From: Pyrodictium abyssi
GTDB taxonomy: Archaea; Thermoproteota; Thermoprotei_A; Sulfolobales; Pyrodictiaceae
Direction of reading: 5' to 3'
Length of the DNA stretch: 32,000 bases
NCBI RefSeq assembly: GCF_036323395.1
Contig: NZ_AP028907.1
Coordinates: 900,001 to 932,000 of the forward strand
Part shown: positions 1 through 10,160 of the stretch, piece after piece
Layout of the letters: every line of letters begins with the position of its first letter
How positions within the stretch are numbered: the stretch's first letter is position 1
Notes under the pieces: model-generated
Told to the model about the DNA's origin: nothing
Seen by the model: only the letters and a program-made list of their open reading frames with translations
The model's database searches: none
Translations under genes and position numbers: made by a program

Positions 1-324
1 TACAACGTCCTCTATTATGAGAAGTGGTGGGAGCATACGTCTACGCGGCAGATCATGGTCTCCAGGGACTACTATAAAAGGTATACCAGCTTGGCTTAGT
101 CTGCGTAGAGACCTTATGGCATAGTGTATTGCCTGGGGCGGTGGACGTGTAGAGTCGAAGAAGTCACCAGAGTGTACTACGGCATCAACCCTTTCCCTAA
201 GTGCTATCTCGACTACCTCATCGAAGACCCGGTATACGTCCATCTCCCTATCTATCAGCCCATACTGCCTATAGCCAAGATGAGTATCCGACACGTGAAG
301 TATCTGGACAGATTCTGCAGTCAT
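1..324 (-). CDS. mre11: DNA double-strand break repair nuclease Mre11, N-terminal part (runs off window start)
   Basis: Manual reverse-strand translation gives MTAESVQILHVSDTHLGYRQYGLIDREMDVYRVFDEVVEIALRERVDAVVHSGDFFDSTRPPPRQ..., with the calcineurin-like phosphoesterase motifs DTHLG and SGDFFD. It lies directly downstream of herA. An upstream GTG start is also possible. Confidence 0.93.
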   Translation of the reverse strand, partial: MTAESVQILHVSDTHLGYRQYGLIDREMDVYRVFDEVVEIALRERVDAVVHSGDFFDSTRPPPQAIHYAIRSLRRLSQAGIPFIVVPGDHDLPRRRMLPPLLIIEDVV

Positions 325-383
325 GCCTCCAAGCACCTAGCGCAGCCCAGGGGTATCCCTCCTTCTAGGCGTGTAGGGTGATA

Positions 384-1931
384 CTACATGAACTCTGAGA
401 CAAAGTCATCCACACTTGTAGCCTCGTCCATCGTCCTGCGAAGCGACACCCACTCAGCGACCACGTCTATATCGGCTCCTCCGAGACGCCCCTCATAGCG
501 GTCTATCCGCACCAGGGCTGGTATGCGTATAAAGGGGCCTATAACCACGGCCTCCCCCGTGTTGAGAGACGGTAGGTGGGCTACTAGGTCGTCGCTCAGG
601 CTCTCACTCGCTGCCTGGATGTAGCGCTGGTCACTCGGCTCCACTATCCGTAGCACTATGAGGTTGTTAGCCTGGCTAAGTATCTCCGGGTCTAGCCCCT
701 TAGGCCTCTGGCTAACCAGCATCAGGCCTACGCCGAACTTACGCCCCTCGCGGGCTATTCTGGCGAGCCAGTACTTGGACAAGGTATCCTCATCCCTAGG
801 GGCCAGTATGTGCGCCTCCTCCACGACTATGAGTATAGGGAACGGTATCTGGCTCGAGCCGGTGAGCTTGTGGCGCTTCCTTTCAGCTAGAACTATCCGC
901 AGTACATGGCTTACCACAGCGTCGGCAGCGTCACGGTCTACGCGGCTCAAGTCAACAACGTTAGCGTAGCCAGGACGGATCCTCGACACCGGGTCAGCCG
1001 CGTCGTCACGTATTATGTCACCATAGCGCTCCTGGAGCGACTCAATCTTGTTAACCACGGCTGTTGCTGCAGTAGACTCCTCCCTCCTCCGGTGCGCCAT
1101 ACGCTCCACTATACTAGCCAATGTCTCCAGGAACCCGCCTCGCTCCTCGGAGCCGGACTCTCTCAGCTGTGATAAGGCCTTGCGTAGGACGCGCTCCTGG
1201 TTATAGTAGCGCTGCTCTATGCCCAGCAGAACCATCAGCTCCGATATGCTTAGCAGCCGTGGGTTTAGGACCGGGTCAATTACGTTGACATGGCCGCCGA
1301 GGTTCGAGCCAACATACTCGCCGTGGAAATCGAATATGAGCACAGTGCCCCCATGCCTAACAAGCCTATCAACTATTATGGCCACTGTGTTGCTCTTGCC
1401 GGCACCAGTAACAGCGAGAATTGCGGTATGCCTCGTAACCAACCTATTGACATTAACGTAGACCGGTATATCCGGGCGCGAGGCGAGCACGCCCAGACGA
1501 ACCCAGTAGGGCTCCTCGCCTCCGAACACACGCTTGAGCATCTCGCTAGGAGCACGATACACCCTGGCGCCTGGCAGAGGAGGTAGACGAGGCATACGAA
1601 GCGAGTCAACAGTACCCAGAAGCCTTGCAGTACACTCGAAGAATACGTCCTCGTCGCCCATTTCCGCGCTGAGCTTCTCGACTATAGTCGGATCATATAC
1701 TCCTGGCAGAGCGTTCAACGTTATGCTCCTAGTGCCGACCTGCTCGACCATCCCTAAGATAGCGCCGCCAGGGTGTTCTATCATAACGTAGTCGCCGACG
1801 GGTGGCGGATTTGACGAGACAAACCTAGCTATTACCGGTGTAGAGTTGTCTACGACGAAGCCTAGAGGCCCCTCATGAGTAGATGGGCTGCTCTCGGAGT
1901 TGTCATGCCTAGCGGTTCCTGCTCTGTGCAT
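384..1931 (-). CDS. herA: HerA-like DNA double-strand break end-resection helicase/ATPase
   Basis: ORF of 515 aa with Walker A (AVTGAGKSN), Walker B-like (ILIVVEEAH) and a HerA-type N-terminal beta-barrel region. It is adjacent to mre11. Confidence 0.93.
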   Translation of the reverse strand: MHRAGTARHDNSESSPSTHEGPLGFVVDNSTPVIARFVSSNPPPVGDYVMIEHPGGAILGMVEQVGTRSITLNALPGVYDPTIVEKLSAEMGDEDVFFECTARLLGTVDSLRMPRLPPLPGARVYRAPSEMLKRVFGGEEPYWVRLGVLASRPDIPVYVNVNRLVTRHTAILAVTGAGKSNTVAIIVDRLVRHGGTVLIFDFHGEYVGSNLGGHVNVIDPVLNPRLLSISELMVLLGIEQRYYNQERVLRKALSQLRESGSEERGGFLETLASIVERMAHRRREESTAATAVVNKIESLQERYGDIIRDDAADPVSRIRPGYANVVDLSRVDRDAADAVVSHVLRIVLAERKRHKLTGSSQIPFPILIVVEEAHILAPRDEDTLSKYWLARIAREGRKFGVGLMLVSQRPKGLDPEILSQANNLIVLRIVEPSDQRYIQAASESLSDDLVAHLPSLNTGEAVVIGPFIRIPALVRIDRYEGRLGGADIDVVAEWVSLRRTMDEATSVDDFVSEFM

Positions 1932-2034
1932 TACAGTGTCGCCTCCAGTGCGACGTCGGCGTACAGGACCCGCCTGGTCTGATGCATACTAGCCTCTGGA
2001 CGGGCGGCTAAGGAGGCTTCTACACAGCAGAGGT

Positions 2035-2598
2035 CTATATGCAGACGCCGCGCCGGTGGTGTGCACGAGAGTAGATAGCACATGGAGGTGCTACCATTAC
2101 AGCGGCATAGCCTAGCGAGCGATGTACACGTACTACTTTGACGAGCACTAGTATATCGGGGTTGTCCAGGTCCACTGGTAGATCTATGTTCTCAGCTATA
2201 GCCTCTATAGCCTCCCTCTTGTGCAGCAGTTTACCCGTCTCTCTATCGTAGAGCCTGCCCTCGAGCCTTATCGCGAAGCTAGCGCCCTCATCGGCCTTAG
2301 ACATGAGCAGGTCCTTCACGACAGCGGCTACGTAATCGACATACGGGGAAACCTCTAGGTCTATAGGCACAGCCCGCAGTATTACGCTGTCATCGGGAAC
2401 TCCTCTTGCTATGCGTCTCACGGCATCGTATGGATCCTCGACCTTTAGCAGTAGTAGCGAGCGGGGTGCGTCAAACAGCCTGGCCCGTCCAATGATGCTC
2501 TCTATCTCGCGTAGAGCCTTTCTCATGGAGTGGTATCCTGGCTCGTGGGCTACTATGAGGTTAAAGAGTCTATAGCGGGGTACATCCTCGGTCGTCAT
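2035..2598 (-). CDS. THUMP-domain protein (Tan1-like, tRNA modification associated)
   Basis: 187 aa; the LRAVPIDLEVSPYVDYVAAVVKDLL...SFAIRLEGRLYDR...LDNPDILVLVKVV pattern is typical of a THUMP domain. Confidence 0.75.
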   Translation of the reverse strand: MTTEDVPRYRLFNLIVAHEPGYHSMRKALREIESIIGRARLFDAPRSLLLLKVEDPYDAVRRIARGVPDDSVILRAVPIDLEVSPYVDYVAAVVKDLLMSKADEGASFAIRLEGRLYDRETGKLLHKREAIEAIAENIDLPVDLDNPDILVLVKVVRVHRSLGYAAVMVAPPCAIYSRAHHRRGVCI

Positions 2599-2701
2599 GC
2601 CGCTAGCTCCTCCGTGCTAGTGTATGCAAGCGCGCTGGTAGAGCGGCTGCACGCCTAAGGGCGGCTGCTTGTCTCCCCTTTTCTGAGGCTCGGCCCCAGG
2701 T

Positions 2702-3853
2702 TCACCTCCTTAGAGGCCTAACGACTGTCCGCATCTTTGTGACGGTCTCTATCCACACTGAAGCCACGTCCGCGAGACGCTTGTCACCCACACACTCAAC
2801 GTACACCATGTTTCGCTTCACCCTTGCCCGAGCCCTTCTACAGCCGAGAACCTCAGCAGCCTCTGCTACCTCGTTGTCCTCGGGAGGCTCTAGAGTCGAG
2901 CCACATGGCCCCCATTTGCACGCCCAGCACGCTAGTCTGTGAGCGACTATGTTGGCGGAGCAGCTACTCGGCAGCACTGCCAGGCCGTAGCGTCTGGCCA
3001 CTCTAGCGGCCAGCTCCTTCAAGTCGGTCTCGCGTATAGTGACCTGGTCGCGGCCACCTCGGGGAGGTCTTGGTAGACGCCTCTCTATGAGCGTAGTGTC
3101 CACGATTCTAGAGGCACGTAGCCTGCGTAGGATACCGTGTGTGACCCTCAGGCTGCCAGGAACCATTGTGCGTATACCAGCGTCCCTAGCTCTCCGCATT
3201 ATGTCGTCCAGCTCTCTGTCGGTAACGCCGGGTAATATGGGGCGTAGGAACAGCGTGACGCTGACCCCTCTACGTGCTAGCTCGCTAGCGAATTGGAATC
3301 TCTCCTCGGGACTAGGAGCTCCCGGCTCAAGCACTGAGGCATAGCGTATAGTAGTCATCGATAATAGTACGCTTATCCTGGGGTCGGCCTTCTTTGTGAA
3401 ATCCTCCAGGTACTCGCCGCTCAGAATCGACTTTGTAGATATCTGCTGCGGATTGCCGAGATAGCGCCATGTAGCCTCCAAGTACTCTAGCGCCTTCTCT
3501 ACGGTAGCCTCCATGAAGGGCTCTGTGACAGAGCCAAAGGCTAGTAGTGTCCCAGAGCTACCTGGCACGAAGTAGGGGTTTGTGAGCAGCGCGTATACTA
3601 GCTGTAGGCCAGAGAGCGGATAAGGGGCTGGCTTCAGTGGGAACCCCATCTCCGGCACATAGCAGTAGAGGCAGCCAAAGTTGCAGCCGATGCCAGTATG
3701 GATAGTCATGCCGCATGGGATGGGCCGGCGGCGGGTATGATGGTCTCTACGCGCCTCTCGGAGCTCTTCCTCGTCGAGCTTAGACTCTATGCTGGCTGCC
3801 AGCCTCTGTTTTTCGGCTAGGAGTATCTCCACGAGTCTCGCAAGTTTCTTCAA
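2702..3853 (-). CDS. Radical SAM protein (SplB-like)
   Basis: 383 aa; GIGCNFGCLYCYVPEMG matches the CxxxCxxC radical-SAM motif, with additional C-terminal cysteines (CSANIVAHRLACWACKWGPC). Confidence 0.88.
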   Translation of the reverse strand: MKKLARLVEILLAEKQRLAASIESKLDEEELREARRDHHTRRRPIPCGMTIHTGIGCNFGCLYCYVPEMGFPLKPAPYPLSGLQLVYALLTNPYFVPGSSGTLLAFGSVTEPFMEATVEKALEYLEATWRYLGNPQQISTKSILSGEYLEDFTKKADPRISVLLSMTTIRYASVLEPGAPSPEERFQFASELARRGVSVTLFLRPILPGVTDRELDDIMRRARDAGIRTMVPGSLRVTHGILRRLRASRIVDTTLIERRLPRPPRGGRDQVTIRETDLKELAARVARRYGLAVLPSSCSANIVAHRLACWACKWGPCGSTLEPPEDNEVAEAAEVLGCRRARARVKRNMVYVECVGDKRLADVASVWIETVTKMRTVVRPLRR

Positions 3854-3911
3854 CCACTGTATCCCTAACCGAGTTACCGAGTCAGCGCCCAGCTATTAGG
3901 CCCAACGGGGG

Positions 3912-5393
3912 ATGGAAGTTATTGTGTCCCAGAGCTTCAGCGTGATAGAATGGCGGGGTAAACCAGCGATACGTGTGCGGAATACGCTAGGCCAGCGACT
4001 GGAGGAGTTCAAGCCGCTAGAACCCGGGATAGTGCGCATGTATGTGTGCGGCCCGACGGTCTACGACTACACGCACATAGGTCACGCAAGGACATACGTG
4101 GCGTTCGACGCTATAAAGCGGTACCTTATGCTACGCGGCTACCACGTTATACATGTACAGAACATAACAGACATCGACGACAAGATAATCAATAGGGCTC
4201 AGCGCGAGGGTAGAGACTGGCGCGAGATAGTAGACGAGTATAGCCGCGACTACTTCGACATGCTGAAGAAGCTCAACATAAAGGTCCACATCCATCCACG
4301 CGTAACAGACCACATAAAGGAGATAATAGACTTCATACAAGGCCTCATAGACAAGGGCTATGCCTACGTAGCCCCGAGCGGCAGCGTATACTTCGACGTA
4401 GACGCCTTCCCCGACTACGGCAAGCTTAGTGGCCGATTCCACCCAGAAGACTGGCGGCAAGAAGAAGACGTACTACGCGAGAAGAAGAACCCCTACGACT
4501 TCGCCCTATGGAAGGCCTGGAAACCAGGCGAACCATACTGGGAGGCACCTTGGGGCCGCGGGAGACCCGGCTGGCACATAGAGTGTAGCGTAATGTCCTC
4601 GAGATACCTTGGAGGCCAGTTCGACATACACGGCGGCGGCCAGGACCTAGTATTCCCCCACCACGAGAACGAGAGAGCACAGAGCGAGGCATACTTCGGC
4701 AAAAGGCCCTGGGTCAAGTACTGGCTCCATACCGGGTATCTCACGATACACGGCGAGAAGATGAGTAAAAGCCTGGGCAACATAATACCGTTCCGCGAGG
4801 CAGCGAAGAAGTGGAACCCCCGCGTGCTGCGCATGTGGCTCCTAAGCGCGCATTATCGCACACAGCTAGACTTTAGCGAAGAAGCGCTAGCACAGGCAGA
4901 GGCGAATCTGCGCAGAATACGTGGAGCTGTATCAGAGCTGGCCCGTGTAATAGACGAGGCATCGCCTAGAGGCAGGCTAGACGACGACGAGGTAAAGACT
5001 GTGGAAGAAGTAGCAAAAGCCTACCTAGAGTTCCACGAGGCCATGAGCAACGACTTCAACACGGCGAAGGCACTCGCATCAGTATTAAGGCTCACTAGGA
5101 TAGTGAACAGCGCTATAATACCGGGCGAGTACTACACAGCAGGCATCCTCGCGCTACGACTCTACGAGGAGTTCAACACGGTATTCAGCGTCATAGACGA
5201 CATACTCTATGGTACAGCTGCACCTGGAGGCGAGATAGCAGAGAAGCTAATAGAACTGATAGTATCGGTACGCCAGGAGCTAAGAAAGCGAAGAATATAC
5301 GACGTAGCCGACAGTATACGCTCGGAACTCTCACAGCTAGGCATACGGCTCTACGACCATCCAGGCGGAAAGACAACTTGGCGCATAGAGTAG
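3912..5393 (+). CDS. cysS: Cysteinyl-tRNA synthetase
   Basis: 493 aa; [46 protein letters not shown] and the KMSKS loop. Confidence 0.98.
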   Translation: MEVIVSQSFSVIEWRGKPAIRVRNTLGQRLEEFKPLEPGIVRMYVCGPTVYDYTHIGHARTYVAFDAIKRYLMLRGYHVIHVQNITDIDDKIINRAQREGRDWREIVDEYSRDYFDMLKKLNIKVHIHPRVTDHIKEIIDFIQGLIDKGYAYVAPSGSVYFDVDAFPDYGKLSGRFHPEDWRQEEDVLREKKNPYDFALWKAWKPGEPYWEAPWGRGRPGWHIECSVMSSRYLGGQFDIHGGGQDLVFPHHENERAQSEAYFGKRPWVKYWLHTGYLTIHGEKMSKSLGNIIPFREAAKKWNPRVLRMWLLSAHYRTQLDFSEEALAQAEANLRRIRGAVSELARVIDEASPRGRLDDDEVKTVEEVAKAYLEFHEAMSNDFNTAKALASVLRLTRIVNSAIIPGEYYTAGILALRLYEEFNTVFSVIDDILYGTAAPGGEIAEKLIELIVSVRQELRKRRIYDVADSIRSELSQLGIRLYDHPGGKTTWRIE

Positions 5394-5434
5394 GAACAAG
5401 TGGTAAACAAATAGCCGCAACCAGAGGGCGATTT

Positions 5435-6037
5435 CTAGCGTGAGTCGGGCGTGTTGTAATCCTGAGCAACGTCGCGGGTACCGCTCTTTCTTATCCTTTC
5501 AAGGGCCTGGTGGAGAAGCTTACCCCTGTCAAGAGGCTCTAGGCTTTGATCAGAAATGCCCCTTACATAGATATAGAAGGTCCTCTGCCATGAACGCTGC
5601 AGCTCGTACGTGGTAATGGGATTCCATCCTGGAACCGGGAAATCGAGCGACACGACTATGGCGCCGGGTTTCAGTTCAGATTCTAGCTTTGGACGGAGCT
5701 TCTGGTTAACACTAGTAAGCAGATACATGTACACTATGTCAGCGTCTCCAAGCGGTATCTTGAAGAAATCCGCCTCTATAACCTCTACACGGTCAGCGAG
5801 GCCGCGCTCCCTGACAACTTGCCGAGCCCTCTCAGCAAGGTCACTTCTCAGCTCAACGCATCTTACACGTATGTGGGGGAATGCCTCTGCCAGGGCTACT
5901 GCTACACGGCCATCGCCACAGCCTATATCGTAGATTATGTCGCCCCTCTTGGGCCTCAGTATAGAAACTAGGCTCCTTATCACCTCGTCTCGCGTTGGAA
6001 CCCACGGCACCGACGGCTGATAACCATACCCTATCAT
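5435..6037 (-). CDS. Class I SAM-dependent methyltransferase, resembling archaeal protein-lysine methyltransferase aKMT
   Basis: 200 aa; SAM motif YDIGCGDGRVAVALAE. The N-terminus YQPSVPWVPTRDEV and the segment MYLLTSVNQKLRPKLESELKPGAIVVS...GWNP resemble Sulfolobus aKMT as recalled. Confidence 0.8.
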   Translation of the reverse strand: MIGYGYQPSVPWVPTRDEVIRSLVSILRPKRGDIIYDIGCGDGRVAVALAEAFPHIRVRCVELRSDLAERARQVVRERGLADRVEVIEADFFKIPLGDADIVYMYLLTSVNQKLRPKLESELKPGAIVVSLDFPVPGWNPITTYELQRSWQRTFYIYVRGISDQSLEPLDRGKLLHQALERIRKSGTRDVAQDYNTPDSR

Positions 6038-6224
6038 GATCTTATGCCTCCGGCGAGTACTCTACAGGGGGTGTACGCCACACTGTGCTGCAGCCAGGCG
6101 CCCAATAGGCTTAGAGACGCAGGGCTAGAGATTATATTCAGCTACGCCTGGCACCCACTACTAACGAGACTAGCCTTATTAGCGTCACTTTAGCACCTAC
6201 CACGCCAACAGTACTGGGGGCATA

Positions 6225-6521
6225 ATGGACACGCCGCCAGTGCATAGTGATACGGTCTCAAGACTCATACCTGCAGGAATAGCACTCATATTTATCGGGA
6301 TGTTACTAGTATTCATGGGCGTGTTCTATAGCATAATCCGTAGTAGTGGTAAAGGAGAATACGGTGGAGTCGTGGTGATAGGCCCCTTCCCCATAGTCTT
6401 TGGGACAAGCAGCGATGCCGTGAAGATAGCAGTAATAGGAGCAATAGTAATGATGGTCCTGGCCCTAGTGATAATGCTGCTACCATTGCTTGTTAGTAGG
6501 GGTATGGCGCCAACCAGGTGA
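6225..6521 (+). CDS. Small two-TM membrane protein, DUF131/TIGR00304-like
   Basis: 98 aa; two hydrophobic helices flanking a GGVVVIGPFPIVFGTS loop typical of the family. Confidence 0.75.
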   Translation: MDTPPVHSDTVSRLIPAGIALIFIGMLLVFMGVFYSIIRSSGKGEYGGVVVIGPFPIVFGTSSDAVKIAVIGAIVMMVLALVIMLLPLLVSRGMAPTR

Positions 6522-6637
6522 AGCCAGCTCAGCGACCAGGCCATAGTGCGGTGGCTTGCATGGCCCTACGCATCACAGCACTTATCTTATACAGATTTGC
6601 GGTGTAACCGGGCTGGAATCCTGGCTAGGTGTAGACG

Positions 6638-7201
6638 GTGTCTAGACAAGGCATAGACATTCATGTAGAAGACATGCTAATGAAAGCTGATAGGCAAGTG
6701 TTGAGGACACTATCGCCCCGTGCACGTTGTATCGTGTTGGCACTAAGAGTGATGGAGCCTACCGGGGTAGATATAGCTGACCTAGAGACCAGGATAGAGA
6801 GCTTCGGGTTTCGATGCATAAAGCTCAATGAAGTGCTATACATGCTATCGTATCATGGCATAGTTGAATGTATGGGTAGAGTCTGCAGACTAACAGATGC
6901 TGGGGCGGAGCTCTCAGCCGCTCTCAGCGAGTTCCTTGCGAATATACGGCGCCTAGCACACAGCGTCATAGAGGGCTCTGTCGACGAGGATGATGTGTTG
7001 TCAAGCCTAGTTACAGCTTTCGCAAGTACCCTAGGCCTTATAGAGTCGTACGTTGAGGAACCCACTCTGATGCCGCTGTACCTATCCCTGCACATGTACA
7101 TAACTGGGTTGAGTACAGCTGTATTAGCACAGCTGGCAAGAGTAAGCGCTACAGTGCTTGACACAGTGAAACGTTTCACCGAAGGCTACGGAACCGAGTG
7201 A
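6638..7201 (+). CDS. Hypothetical protein with possible winged-helix N-terminal region
   Basis: 187 aa ORF with no competing ORF of comparable quality. The ARCIVLALRVMEP...LNEVLYMLSYHGIVECMGRVCRLTDAGAELSAAL segment resembles a wHTH. Confidence 0.6.
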   Translation: MSRQGIDIHVEDMLMKADRQVLRTLSPRARCIVLALRVMEPTGVDIADLETRIESFGFRCIKLNEVLYMLSYHGIVECMGRVCRLTDAGAELSAALSEFLANIRRLAHSVIEGSVDEDDVLSSLVTAFASTLGLIESYVEEPTLMPLYLSLHMYITGLSTAVLAQLARVSATVLDTVKRFTEGYGTE

Positions 7202-7212
7202 AACGTTTCCAC
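7166..7212. repeat. Two copies of GTGAAACGTTTC(N)AC palindromic motif, 32 bp apart
   Basis: GTGAAACGTTTCAC at 7166-7179 (perfect 14-bp palindrome) and GTGAAACGTTTCCAC at 7198-7212. Confidence 0.85.
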
Positions 7213-7382
7213 CCTATCCGCTTCCGCGGGCACAGCATATTCGATTCCTAATTGTGGTGTCATTATTATGTTATTGTGTAAAGCAATAATTTTACTAGTT
7301 AGTCCATCAACTTATATGAACATTGTATAGGGTAATACTTATCAAGAATGAACATGAACACTTGTTAACGGGGTGTATAGGT

Positions 7383-7760
7383 ATGAGTTTAGACCTAAAA
7401 GTACTATACGAGGATGAAGAACTAGTTGTAATGAAGGCGCCAACAGACGAAGAGCTAGTAGACCTAGTATACAACTTCATACGGAGCAAGGGCCGGCCAG
7501 TAACGTGGAAGGAGCTGCGTGACGCGTTTAGCGGCATAGCCGGCGAGGATAGGCTTCGCAAAGCACTAAGCAAGCTCCGCATGCGCGGCGACATAGTGGA
7601 GCTCCGGGGTGGCAGATACGCCACGCTAGACATGCCAGGGGTCATCGAAGAGCTCGAAGAACGTAGGCGCAGGAGGATGCTGCGGGAAGCACTAAGCCTT
7701 GAATGGAAGCTCTATGGCCCGCCACCCAGACGCAAGAAGAGCGTAGAGGCGACGAACTAG
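7383..7760 (+). CDS. Hypothetical protein with wHTH-like central region
   Basis: In-frame ATG at 7383 gives MSLDLKVLYEDEELVVMKAPTDEELVDLVYNFIRSKGRPVTWKELRDAFSGIAGEDRLRKALSKLRMRGDIVELRGGRYA. The track start at 7323 lies in AT-rich DNA that looks non-coding. Confidence 0.65.
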   Translation: MSLDLKVLYEDEELVVMKAPTDEELVDLVYNFIRSKGRPVTWKELRDAFSGIAGEDRLRKALSKLRMRGDIVELRGGRYATLDMPGVIEELEERRRRRMLREALSLEWKLYGPPPRRKKSVEATN

Positions 7761-7945
7761 GCGGGCCGAGCTAGTAGGCGCCTAACAGTGTAGCATGTGT
7801 AGGGCCAGACTCCGGTATCCATGTCTCCCTTTTTGTCTTATTGAAGCGTTCCAACTCGTGTGGGGCTCCGTTCTGCGTCTGATACGCCTATAGGGCTTAT
7901 GAAGCATATACGACCCTACTCTTTTGTTACTGGGTGTAGCCTGGA

Positions 7946-8170
7946 GTGCCAGCCCGTAGACAGAGGCAGACAAGTATCTCGGAGGTAGTACTCCTAGCTA
8001 AGCCTAAGAAGCCTACGAAATTCTACGCCGACAATAAGGGCGGTATTGTAATACTTCGTGGGGAAGATGGGGCAATAGCTGTAGTTCCAGAAGACGAAGT
8101 ATGCGTCTTGGCGGAGAGGCTGAATATGATAATAGTGGGGTACAATTGTAGGAAACGTGGCAAACATTAG
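7946..8170 (+). CDS. Hypothetical 74 aa protein
   Basis: GTG-start ORF with protein-like composition (KFYADNKGGIVILRGEDGAIAVVPEDEV), directly upstream of the decarboxylase gene. Confidence 0.5.
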   Translation: MPARRQRQTSISEVVLLAKPKKPTKFYADNKGGIVILRGEDGAIAVVPEDEVCVLAERLNMIIVGYNCRKRGKH

Positions 8171-8329
8171 AGGTGTATGGAGCCCTTCCTAAGGCGTATA
8201 AGGCGTCTCCTGTACGTGCTGTGCGTAAGAGTGAAAAACTGGGCGATGAAGGCCCCTCGCTTGAGAGCCCTAGTCTGTGTGGAGAGAGCGCCTGGGAGCT
8301 GCTGGAAGAGAGTAGTGGGGGCGACAGCA

Positions 8330-8755
8330 ATGGAGGTTGTTAGGAGAGAGGTGCAGCAGTACAGTAAGGCAGAAGACTTCATCGTGGGTAAGCACGTGTA
8401 TGGAAACCTATACGGCATTGACCCAGAGAAGCTCTGGGACGAAGAAAGCCTAAAGAACATTGTAGTAGAGGCGGCGAAGGTAGCCAACATGCACCTGGTG
8501 GAGCTAAAGTCGTGGAAGTTCACCGGATACCATGGTGGCGTCTCGATAATCGCCCTAGTGCTGGAGAGCCACATCGCGATACACACATGGCCCGACTACG
8601 GCTATGCTACAGTCGACGTGTATACTTGCGGAGCACAGAGCGACCCATGGAAAGCCTTCAACTACATCATAGCTAGGTTGAGGCCAAAACACTACATAGT
8701 ACACTACGCCGACCGGAGCAGTATACCAGGAGCTACAGAGAATGAGAGAAAGTAA
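8330..8755 (+). CDS. Pyruvoyl-dependent AdoMet decarboxylase family proenzyme (AdoMetDC or the crenarchaeal arginine decarboxylase paralog)
   Basis: [13 protein letters not shown]...LVELKSWKF...[32 protein letters not shown] contains the Glu-Ser self-cleavage site ([10 protein letters not shown]). ORF opens at 8177; the internal ATG at 8330 fits the family N-terminus better. Confidence 0.88.
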   Translation: MEVVRREVQQYSKAEDFIVGKHVYGNLYGIDPEKLWDEESLKNIVVEAAKVANMHLVELKSWKFTGYHGGVSIIALVLESHIAIHTWPDYGYATVDVYTCGAQSDPWKAFNYIIARLRPKHYIVHYADRSSIPGATENERK

Positions 8756-9106
8756 GCCTCCGGTTCTACGTCTTTTAGCCCTCGGGCCCAGAGCAGGCTG
8801 CCTCAACCAGCCCATACAATAGGCCTTGTATGGTGCGGAGAAGAATAGTGGCATCTTACACCTGGCTAGCAGTTATTCGTGGCGCCAGCAGGGTTGCTGG
8901 TGCAATTCCGCAGCGTAGTTCTGTGCTAGTATGATGTTCCCTCAGAGACGGCCGCGGCTTCTTCATCGCATAGCGCTCATTGAAACACGGCTCTTCATCG
9001 GAGGGCTCGACACACCAAATACCAAACTGGATGCTGGGGCTGCTAGGCAGTAGGTACTCCCGGCTCGACGGGCTGCCTAGAGGACGACAAGACTATGGGT
9101 ATGGTG

Positions 9107-9346
9107 CTAGCCTAGCTCCGTCTTGCGGGAAAAGTCCATAATAGACATTGTGAGTATCTTGTTCCCCTTCACCCTAACCACTATGTCGTTCTCCGTGAGT
9201 ATGGCCTCATCGGCTTCCTCGTCGATGTCGCCGAAATGTATATAGAGGATATCGCTCTGCCTATCGTATTCTATCCATATCTTCTCTACGTCCTCTATGC
9301 AGAAGCTCTTTCTCCTTGCTTCCTCCTGCTGCCCCTGCTCTTGCAC
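9107..9346 (-). CDS. DUF2283-like small protein
   Basis: 79 aa; IWIEYDRQSDILYIHFGDIDEEADEAILTENDIVVRVKGNKILTMSIMDFS matches the YDxxxDILYIxF pattern of DUF2283. Confidence 0.75.
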   Translation of the reverse strand: MQEQGQQEEARRKSFCIEDVEKIWIEYDRQSDILYIHFGDIDEEADEAILTENDIVVRVKGNKILTMSIMDFSRKTELG

Positions 9347-9437
9347 GCGGCTCCACCACGGCTGCAGAGGAGTCTACCGAGGATAATGAAGCTCGCTGCC
9401 ATAGCTGCTAGTATTGCTGAGGCTAGCTCGGCCCCCT

Positions 9438-10160
9438 CTAGCATTCCCCTCTGCCCAGGTATGCTCTCAGTAGGTCACGCTCAGTTACTATTGCTCGTGC
9501 AAGCCTCTCCTCGTCAAGCAGTAGTAGAGCTCTCTCGTTCACAGCCAGTATAACCTCTGCTGCGTCGGATACGAGCGCTTGCTCGTACTCCAGTACTGGG
9601 GCTGGTGTAGAATGGCTAGCTAGCGGCTCGAGGAGAGTCTCCTCGACAGGCTTCCTAGCTATAGCCATCAGTATGGACGACATGGTTGCCATATAGTACT
9701 CGCCGTCTATGCTGAGAGGTAGTCTCCTGAACCCCTTCTCGTACATGTAGCCTAGAGCCTCTATGAGAGGCTCGCTAGGATCCCCCATAACTATGCTGTG
9801 GGTAGCATAGCATCTAGCAGGCTCTGCACGCCCCATAGTGGATACCGCGTAGTCTAGCTCCGTGTAGGCCGAGACAAGGCGGCCTGCTTCGTCCACCACG
9901 GGTAGGAATCCTATTCCACGCCGAAGCATTATCTCGGCTGCTTCGTTGAGCCCCACCTCCCCTCTTATGACATAGGGAGGTCTACTGGCTATCTCGTGAA
10001 CGCTGGTCTCAAGTGCGGCCCGGAAATCGAATCTTTCAACAGTACCCGCTTCCTCGAACAATTCCAGTACGTGGCGCGCCAGGTCTTTAACCGAAACTAT
10101 GCCCACGAGAAGCCCATCATCCTCTACTATGGCTGCATGGCTTATACCGCGTGTACCCAT
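9438..10160 (-). CDS. CBS-domain protein (multiple CBS motifs)
   Basis: MGTRGISHAAIVEDDGLLVGIVSVKDL, NEAAEIMLRRGIGFLPVVDEAGRLVSAYTELD and further repeats are CBS-like. Coding similarity continues upstream of the annotated start (see findings). Confidence 0.8.
   Translation of the reverse strand: MGTRGISHAAIVEDDGLLVGIVSVKDLARHVLELFEEAGTVERFDFRAALETSVHEIASRPPYVIRGEVGLNEAAEIMLRRGIGFLPVVDEAGRLVSAYTELDYAVSTMGRAEPARCYATHSIVMGDPSEPLIEALGYMYEKGFRRLPLSIDGEYYMATMSSILMAIARKPVEETLLEPLASHSTPAPVLEYEQALVSDAAEVILAVNERALLLLDEERLARAIVTERDLLRAYLGRGEC

Noticed and set aside
124-381. 85 aa plus-strand ORF at the left edge
   Set aside because: It is antisense to a clear Mre11 N-terminal coding sequence on the minus strand.
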